A stretch of DNA of 63,166 nt, counting the filler, from Licmophora abbreviata (lineage: Eukaryota), in the NCBI GenBank assembly GCA_900291995.1. It is 6 parts of 6 records of this genome, joined end to end, with 100 filler letters (N's around TTAATTAATTAA, not from the genome) between each part and the next. Parts side by side here need not be neighbours in the genome. Positions count along the whole stretch, not along the records: positions 50,861 to 58,716 come from OLMU01003359.1; positions 58,817 to 63,166 come from OLMU01003360.1; 4 more parts are not named here. The stretch is one strand, 5' to 3'. Position numbers and translations under genes: made by a program. Numbering within the stretch: position 1 is the stretch's first letter; each line of letters begins with the position of its first letter. Of this stretch, positions 55,201 to 63,166 are shown piece after piece. The notes beneath the pieces were generated by a model that was given only the letters and a program-made list of their open reading frames with translations, did not search any database and was not told where the DNA came from.

Positions 55201-57329
55201 CTCTGTGGCCACGGATACTCCCTAGTTTGCTTCAGATAGTCGATGTGACGCTTCGGCTTTGGCATCCGGAATACCAGGCACTGCTATTGCGGCACCCGAT
55301 TCAGAGGTATGCTCTTGCAATATCAGATGACGAGGCATATCTTTCGCAGAAGCACGACCACAAGAACGGTGGAGTTTTCGGGGACGGCGGGACTGCGGGT
55401 AGTGTGGTATCGGGAACCGATCGCCGAGGCAACAATCTTGCGCCCAAGTGGAGTGGCTGGCTGAACGAGCTTCGTAACACTTGCTTCCAGCTACTTGGTC
55501 TCTTGGCTGGCGGCCGAGCGCTCTACGCGCCTGAGCTCTCTGGTATCTTCCCGCAGTTCGTGTCGATTGTGGGGAGCCCCGATCACCTTCAGGCTATGGA
55601 ACACCGACATATCACGCAGTACATGTAAGCGTTCTATCATATTTTTCTGTTCTCGCCTTGCCGCCTTGCGATGAAACTCACGCGTCCTCGTGCTGCGCAA
55701 TATGTCATTCTCAGGAAGCAGTTTCTAGAGATTATGATACAGAGCTGCCCTTCAACCCTCTATATCTCGCATCTCTCTCCCATCGTCTCCCCGTTTTTCG
55801 AGAAAATGAAATATAGATTCGAGCGGACGTGGGCACACATAATCAATCCCGCGGCATCCAACAATCCAGAGGTTGGCAGGGCGCTAGCAACTGAGACCTG
55901 CGGTCTCGCTGCTACGTTGGCGTCGGCCGGTGGAGAAGCTTGGTATGCATCCTTTTACGCACGATCGGGTATATTTGTTGGAGATTTGGACGCTATCACC
56001 GCAGAATCTGCGGTCGAGAAATATCGCATTGAAGTCACTCGCACCTACTGCGACATGTTACAGACTACATTGGCCCTAAAGGGAGATTGGTACGTGAACT
56101 ATCGGTGGTGTAATCGAATCCCGCAATCGGAATGCATGTTAATGACCCATTCTTCTCTCAATGTCGAAGGGCACTGGTACTTGCCAATCAGGCCAAAGAA
56201 GAACAGGCCGCACGACGAAATGATCCCGGGAAGCTGACCACTCGACCGAAGTCGCGTCTGTTCGGACTGGATAGTGGAGGTGCCGTAAACGCGAACGGCT
56301 CGCCACGGGATGAGAAGGACGTCGCTCTGGACGCCCGAAAGCTCTTGCGAATCAACGGACTCTGCCACTTCTTGCTTTTGGAGAACGAGAACGTGGCTGG
56401 ATCGGTTTGCTTGACGGTGGTCGAGGTGAGATTATGCAATCAAGCGTGCGGTCGTTCCTACGGTGTTCGATGTCAACCTCACAAACGCGTTTCTCTTGGA
56501 CCGTCCATTGTCTGGTCTGTGTATCAGTGCCTAGAGTACCCCGACGCGTACACGTGTCGAAGATGCACGCGAATCTGCCATCGAATACTGGAAACTGTCG
56601 CTTGGTCAAGCAGATACACGCCTCTACTAAGCAACCAGATGTTCTTAGCAGCCATCAAGAATATTGTGATCGAGCCCAAATGGATGGTCGGCATCGAGTG
56701 GGATATGATCAACCTGGTGAGAGACATATACTGCCGGTTAGTACTCGGACAGACGCTCCAGTTCGGTGGTCAGGGGGCGGCCGTACAGCAACCGAAGGAC
56801 CCGAAAGATAAGTACCGGTTTGAGCAGGCCAAGACGGCGGATCAGCCACTGCAGGGCGGTGGAATCCTGGTTTCGCCAAGTGCCGTCCCCCGGGACGTCT
56901 TGGCTCGTCTACCCGGCGTCGGCCTTGCAGCAGCCGACAAACTTGAGAACGACATGAACAGAAAACGGGCCGCCAAGGATCAGGTATGTGTTTTTTGTTT
57001 GTGGACTGTTTTCATCGCAATTTCAAAATGCAGTGTGATGCACCATTACTCAAACATCCTTCTATCGTAAATTGCAGAAGGATTTTCTTCGCATCCTGCT
57101 AAGGACAGCCGCCGAGAATTCCCACTTTCTTGATGAAGGCCGAGGGGGCGTCCTCGACCGTGCCATCAAAGAAGAATCGCTATTGAACAAGAAATCGGGA
57201 AATACTACTGTGATCCAGGACATTCCCGAGAAGCTAGTAACACAGAGCATGATCGACAAGAAGACCAAAAAGGCTGAAGAGCAGATTCCCGAAGGTCTGG
57301 GCGCTTTTCAATTGTTTGGCTCTTCCTAG
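52299..57329 (+). CDS. Importin-beta superfamily exportin (exportin-5-like), multi-exon (about 8 introns)
   Basis: RQVAFQVLEEFK, NKLAVLL...RDFPQRW (Xpo1 domain) and helical repeats across ORFs 52239-57329 separated by short GT-AG introns. Confidence 0.75.
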
Positions 57330-57403
57330 GAAAGCATGACCGATGTAATCGTACACTTATAGATAATAGAAGCAATGTTTCGCCATTCGACAAGTCATGC
57401 CCG

Positions 57404-58501
57404 TCAGGATCCTGTTGAGCTCCCCGTCGCCTGCCACGGACTCGACTTGAGATTCAGAATAGCAACAAGGCCCTCTCTGTATGTCGGATACTTCCATTCT
57501 TTGACCAGCTCTTGTTTGCAACGATCGTTCGACACGCGCTTCCGCTCGGCCGTTCCTCCCACCCGCCGCCGTGCTCTGGGCGACATGAATGCGGCGGATG
57601 CGGTATCTTCCGCAATCTCAGGCACCACAGCACCTATAGACTCTAACAAATCCACCGCATGGGACATTACAACAGCGCGACTTTCCGGTTCGTCGTCAGC
57701 TAGATTGTAGGTTCGTTCTAGTAGAGGAGCACCCGCTTCGTCCGACATGATCATACTGGCAACAATAGCCCGGGCGACATCATCTTCGTGGATGCGATTT
57801 GTCAGAACACTCCTCGACATGGACGTGCGTTTCTCGTAACCTTTTCTGTACACAGTATGAAGTGCCGATCGGTCAGGTCCGTACAATCCCGCACACCGAA
57901 AGATTCGAAATCTTCTGTTTCCTACGGATGACAGCAGCGTTCGCCAGGTCTCTTCGTACGCAAGATAGGGGTGATCAGGACTCGCACATTCCGTATCCTC
58001 CGTCACCCATGCGTTATCGTGATTTCCGTACACTCCAGTAGTGGAAACCAATCCAACCCAGGTATTGGGACCTAAGCACTCGGCGATGCATGCCTCGACC
58101 TTCCTTCGCACCGAGTCGCCCACAGAGTCTTCCTTCTTCTTTGGAGCCGGGATGGTCACCAGCAAATGAGAGCACATCTGGAGCGCGACTCGGATGGATT
58201 CCGGCGAAAAGACAATGAGATTTGGCTGAACGCTTGACGAAGGTTCGATGATCTTCCGAGTCGTTGCCGTTATCTCCCACGAAGGGTGATGGAGGGATGA
58301 GCGTTGCATCATCAGCTTGCGTGACACGGCACGAGCGACCGGACCATAGCCGAGAATGAGAACATTGTGACCATTTGTACAAGTAGTAGTTGATGATTCA
58401 ACACTGATGGCAAGCGTCTCAATCGAAACAATCCATAACACACATAGGGCGAAACACAGTGTAGTTTCAGTCCATAACGACACAAAACGGGTGCATCTCA
58501 T
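57404..58501 (-). CDS. Atypical SDR / NAD-dependent epimerase-dehydratase (YeeZ-like)
   Basis: LILGYGPVA, VSTTGVYGNHDNAWVTED, RCAGLYGP, NRIHEDD, YNLADDEP, KRVSN, YPTYREGL. Confidence 0.85.
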   Translation of the reverse strand: MRCTRFVSLWTETTLCFALCVLWIVSIETLAISVESSTTTCTNGHNVLILGYGPVARAVSRKLMMQRSSLHHPSWEITATTRKIIEPSSSVQPNLIVFSPESIRVALQMCSHLLVTIPAPKKKEDSVGDSVRRKVEACIAECLGPNTWVGLVSTTGVYGNHDNAWVTEDTECASPDHPYLAYEETWRTLLSSVGNRRFRIFRCAGLYGPDRSALHTVYRKGYEKRTSMSRSVLTNRIHEDDVARAIVASMIMSDEAGAPLLERTYNLADDEPESRAVVMSHAVDLLESIGAVVPEIAEDTASAAFMSPRARRRVGGTAERKRVSNDRCKQELVKEWKYPTYREGLVAILNLKSSPWQATGSSTGS

Positions 58502-58716
58502 CTTCGTGAACACTCATGATGCGACGAGAGTGAGGCCTGAGAGGATGCGATGTGAAAGCCGCGAGGCGAAGGCAACAGAAACCCGGAGGTAAAACGTTGG
58601 ACGATTTCGAGCCTCCGCCGTTCCCATAATCGTTCTAGGCCAAGCGACAGAGTAAGTTTAGCCGTACCATCAGGTATGGCAGTACTAGCTATAGCCCCGA
58701 CCGCTCGCACTGCAGT

Positions 58717-58816
58717 NNNNNNNNNNNNNNNNNNNNNNNNNNNNNNNNNNNNNNNNNNNNTTAATTAATTAANNNNNNNNNNNNNNNNNNNNNNNNNNNN
58801 NNNNNNNNNNNNNNNN
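58717..58816. other. Artificial contig spacer
   Basis: N44-TTAATTAATTAA-N44. Confidence 0.97.
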
Positions 58817-58846
58817 AATCATCACTTGCTAACACCACCGGTAGTC

Positions 58847-59698
58847 TTACTTCTCCATGCCCTCAAAATTACCATCAAAGTCAATTCCCGCCTGTGAGAT
58901 CGACCAAAGGTCCCGACAGTCGCGGTATAACTCGTTGAAATCCAAACCATATCCAATCACGAAGGCATCCGGGATGCTAAATCCAAGGTACTTTGCAGTG
59001 ACTTTTGGAGGCTCCTTCAGCCGCTTGACCAAGAGCGAACATACTTCCACGGACTTTGGCTTGGCGCGATCGGCTAGAATCGGAAGCAAGTGTGACAAAG
59101 TCGTTCCCGTGTCGATAATGTCTTCTATGAGAATGACATGCTTTCCAGTCAGACTATCAGGATTCAACCCACCATTGATCGCAACAGTACCAGAGGTCGA
59201 TAAGCCTTCGTACGACGAGGCGCGAAGGAACTCCATGGTGTATCCCTGTCGAAGTGCCTGCAGGGCCTCCAGCAGGTGCTGGTAGAACTGCGAAATGTCG
59301 GAAAAAAGACAAAGGCAAAGCGGGAATGAGAAATAGAAGCTCCATGCGAGCAATCCGATCCAATGTCTCACACAGTACCTACCGGATTGCCTCCCTTGAG
59401 GACACAGACGAGTACAGGACGTGTCCCCTCGTAATCCTGACGAATTTGGCGTGCCAATACTTGCACCCGCTTCTGTATGTCTTCAGTCGAGATCAATAAT
59501 CTATCAAAGTGCCCTTCATATTCAAGAGGATAGAGCTTTTGAGAGTGAGAGTGCACAAGAGTAGAATTGGAAGTTAGCCACATCGTCCCTCGGCGCCGCG
59601 GAGACCCTATAACGCGCTTTCTTTCGTACCGCGTCGCCCAAGGCGGCGTCTTCTCCAGGGTCGTCCGGAACGACAATCGGATCTCGGTCAAGCGACAT
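58847..59698 (-). CDS. HPRT: Hypoxanthine-guanine phosphoribosyltransferase; exons 59698-59630, 59535-59383, 59287-58847
   Basis: VCVLKGG, FLRASSY, PRPP loop ILIEDIIDTGTT, FVIGYGLDFNELYR. Confidence 0.92.
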
Positions 59699-60073
59699 GG
59701 CTGTTTCGTGTGGCTTCAGAGAAAGTGACGTGCTTTCGAACAGGAAAGAGACAAAACAAAGTTCTCCTGATGGTAATATAGACGGATGTGTCGCAGCACA
59801 CTGCTGTGGGTGTGCTTTGTTGGGTGTACCAGAATGTGTGTGGTGGATGATGCCGCGCTCCGCCGCGCGACGACGAGATGACGAAGGAAGCTTCGACAAG
59901 AGGATGGAGAACCATACTACATACGACACGCCCGTTCATTTCGCGAGAGGGTTCGTTGCATACCTAGTCCCGCACGAAAATGCTATACTCTCACCATACT
60001 AGCATATATAGTGCTAGCTAGAGCGCGAAAAATCGTCCACAAGGACTCTAGCTAAATTCCGTGTTGTAGAGGA

Positions 60074-61665
60074 TCAGTAGCGCACTCCTGCACCGGGTCT
60101 AGCAGCGCCGTATCCCATACCGCCCATACCGTACATTCGCCTGCCACCTCTACGGCGTCCGCCCATCATGTTCATCATCATGAGAACATGCAAGGGGTTG
60201 ATTCCAGCCTTGTAGCACAAGTAGGCAAGGGCAAGCACAACAAACAGCGACTGTGGACTCCCGTCGAACAGGTCTGGGAAATGAAATGATCGACTCGACG
60301 ACGATCCTCCGTAGTTTGCATCGCTATACCAAGGCGCCTCTCTGTTGCTCGATGTTCGTTGCGGAGGCGTGTCATGGGATGAGCTTGGGCTTGCGTCACT
60401 GTACTCTCCACTCCTGTAAAATTCGCCCTCGGCATCCACCGATCGCTCATGACGACGCGTCTCAGTCGAGGACGGTCCGTCGCGAGAACCCGTGTATCTA
60501 CCACTGCTGTACCAAGGCGATTCACCCTCTAAGCCGGCCGATCGTTCAGGGGGATGAGTCTCAACAGTGGAAGCTTCGCGTGAACCAGTGTATTTGCCAC
60601 TACTGTACCAAAGAGATTCGCCCTCCGCCGACTTTACGGATCGCTGAGGGGGAGTTTCAACAGTGGGAGGATCGTGTTGACCCCTGTACTTGCCGCTGCT
60701 GTAAGAACGGGCATCGTCCTCTGCCACCTCCGCGTTGTTCTGTCGATGGTACCGATCGTACACGTTTCCCGCCTCGTAATTGCCAAGATTCTGCGGGGTT
60801 CCACCGCCAATGAGGCTCTCCAGTCCAAATCGGCCACCAAATGCCACATACAAAGCAAGTAATCCTAGGAATACTTTGAGAAGCGTCTTGATATCCTCCG
60901 ACTGCATGTTGTACAACGCGACGCCCTGCGTGTAGTGAAAATTGAGTCGGTCCGTCCACGATACCGTAGTGTCCTCGACCCCACCGCCGTTGGAAATATC
61001 CCCTGCCTCCTGTTGTGGCTGTCGATCCTCCTCTTGTTCCGGTGCAGGTGGATCATTCGAGGGAGTTTGTTTGTCTCGCCGCAGTTCACGCATCAGCATC
61101 TGCCTTGCCGTCGCATTGCCCGGTTCAATGGAAATTGCCCTTTGAAGCGAATTGCAGGCATCGTTGCTATGTCCGCCCAGCTCCACATAGGCCGAAGCCA
61201 GTCGAATGTGACCCTTGGCCCAATTTTCATTCAGTGCCACACACTGGTGTGAGACGAAAGAAATGGCGAGTGCAGAGTGAGACGACTCTCTTTCTAACTT
61301 GAGTCGGGTTTTGAGATGAACGTACGTACCTGCTTGGCCTCCTCAACGGCAGCACTCGCTTGAGCAGGGCCGCCCATCTGACACAAGATAAGAACCAAGA
61401 GAGCCGACGTGTGAGATCACAAAAGGAATCATCGAGCGGACAGCGACCCCATGCACGCATCGTAATCCATATGTACCTTGAGACGACACGCGACGACGTT
61501 TGACAGAAGTATCTGCCGTTCGGCCGTTGGGCAGCCATATTCCGGGCTCAGCGCCGCCCTATACGACGCCAGGGCTTCTTCATACTCCTCATTCTCAAAC
61601 TGAACGCGCCCTTTCTCCTTGTGACCCGTCCACGTCGAAATGTTTGATGGCGGCGTGTTCCTCAT
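60074..61665 (-). CDS. TPR-containing membrane protein with internal repeats and a Gly/Met-rich tail (multi-exon 5' end)
   Basis: KEKGRVQFENEEYEEALASY...LLSNVVACRLK, WAKGHIRLASAY...AISIEPGN; two hydrophobic segments. Confidence 0.72.
60311..60703 (-). repeat. Coding tandem repeat, about 96-nt (30-32 aa) unit, about 4.5 copies
   Basis: YSSGKYRG...EGESLW / YSSGKYTG...EGESPW / YSSGRYTG...EGEF / YRSGEY...EAPW / YSDANY. Confidence 0.85.
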
Positions 61666-62120
61666 GGTCGGAGCGTCCTTCGAAGAATAAAAGTGAACCG
61701 AGAAAGCGCGCGGAATCGGCCAGAATTCTGATGCTCATTTTCTACGTACATTTTGTACTGCAATGACGTAGAGAGCTGGCCGGGTACTTTGTTTTGAGTC
61801 GGGCTAGTCGTCACAAACCCAAAGGTTACGCGTGGCAGTGACGAACGAACCTCGCACACAGATCGACCAGACCGCTCTTAGATTGTTGGCTATCATCCTC
61901 CGCCTTAGCTATCAACTTGCGCCTGTGTGCTACCAGCGCGATGAGAGTCGCCCTAGCAATAATGCAGTTCCTGTACAGCGGTCAAGTCCAAGACGATTGT
62001 TCGATTATTCAATCGTCTACAACGTCCAATTACAGATCAGAGCACAATCAGCCACAGAATCACTCTACCAGCAACTACAGATCAGTTTGAACACGGCAAT
62101 GATAGATATCGATCCTGTGT

Positions 62121-63125
62121 CTATCCCTTCATAATCTTTGGTTCATCATCTTCGTCGTCCTTCTTTTCAGGTTGCTGAGTGCGCTGCTGACTGCCCCAGC
62201 CACCTTCATTCTTCTGATTCTGATATTTCTGATCCCCTTCTCCTTCAAACGCGCCCAAATCCGCCGACTGCCCTCGCGCCGCCCTCTTGTTGGGGGTAGG
62301 GAGCAAGACCTGATCAATCAAGCCATACTGCACAGCTTCATCGCTACTCAGATAGAAATCACGCCTGAAATCCTGCGTCACTTTGGCCGCTGGTTGTCCA
62401 GTGATTTTAGAAATCTCTCCTTCCATACGATCGTTCCAATTCTTCAGATTCTTCACCTCCAACCCAATATCCGACGCTTGTCCCTGGAACGGCTGATCCA
62501 TACCCGTCCGATGCATTAAGAATCGTGCATTCGGCATACTGGAACGCCGTCCCTTGGTGCCCGCACCACACAGCACGGCACCCATACCGGTACACAATCC
62601 CAGATTGACAGTTGTAATTTCACACATTTCTCTTGTTTGCAGCAACACATCGTAGACTGCCAACGCAGGACGCATCATGGCACCAGGAACGTTCAGGTAC
62701 AAGGCAATCGGTCCCTTGGGATCTTCCTTGCGCAGGTATAGCAAGGTGGATATGATTTCGTTGGCAGCTTCTTCGTCAATGAACCGACTGATCATCATGA
62801 TGCGATCTCGGTACATGGCGGAGAAGATGTCGACAAATTGAGCATAGTCGGAACCTTCTGGCTGTAATACAGAAACACACGCAGAATAATGTATAGATAA
62901 GAACATTCAGTAGCTCCAGACAAGGACACATTCTCCACGAGCAGCAAAACGTACTTTGTAGGGGACCATGGGTGTTTGCGAAGGCATTCGCAAGGGATCT
63001 CGCTTCACCTGGAGACTCGTAGACGAACGTGGATTCGATGGTGATGACTGGACAGTAAATGCCCAGACTGTTGAGCCCCAGCAAGCCGCCATGGCGACAC
63101 TCAGAGCGGCGAACCTCAACATCAT
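62121..63125 (-). CDS. Plastid Clp protease non-catalytic subunit (ClpR-like); intron 62862-62954
   Basis: Signal peptide followed by VWAF; PMVPYK/PEG, DIFSAMYRDRI, YLNVPG, RDFYLSSDEAVQYGLID; the catalytic Ser position reads GLCTGMG (no Ser). Confidence 0.85.
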
Positions 63126-63166
63126 GGTGATGAGGTGATGCAAATAGACGCAAAGAATGTTTCATC

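Noticed and set aside
21966..58816. Five identical TTAATTAATTAA palindromes flanked by Ns
   Set aside because: Artificial six-frame-stop contig linkers, not a biological repeat or CRISPR array
62121..63125. Clp subunit lacking the catalytic Ser as a novelty
   Set aside because: Inactive ClpR subunits are a normal part of plastid Clp complexes

Overview
Gene-dense eukaryotic DNA, very probably from a diatom (short GT-AG introns, bipartite signal+ASAF-type plastid presequences, diatom-type Copia element, diatom-type sulfotransferases). Six contigs are joined by artificial 100-nt N44-TTAATTAATTAA-N44 spacers, so adjacency across spacers is unproven. About 27 protein genes are recognisable: three sulfotransferases, a KIX/TAZ protein, glutathione reductase, a GFO/IDH/MocA oxidoreductase, an amino-acid transporter, a J-protein, a GT90, a bestrophin, D-2-hydroxyglutarate dehydrogenase, a hybrid-cluster protein, a diflavin reductase, an SDR, a GOGAT small subunit, PhoD, an EF-hand alanine aminotransferase, a SNF2 helicase, an exportin, HPRT, ClpR and others. 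There is also one complete, young Ty1/Copia LTR retrotransposon (9013-14439, identical 214-bp LTRs, CCATC target duplication). Two observations stand out. (1) The Copia element has no tRNA primer-binding site. The 15 nt after the 5' LTR are the exact reverse complement of an LTR segment that starts on an initiator motif, the signature of Tf1-like self-priming, and four copies of its 3' PPT-position motif lie in the middle of pol. (2) A mitochondrion-targeted hybrid-cluster protein is head-to-head with a mitochondrion-targeted CPR/NOS-type diflavin reductase that has lost its NADPH-specificity residues, a candidate eukaryotic NADH-driven NO/hydroxylamine-reducing module. All functional calls come from reading motifs by eye; no database searches were run.
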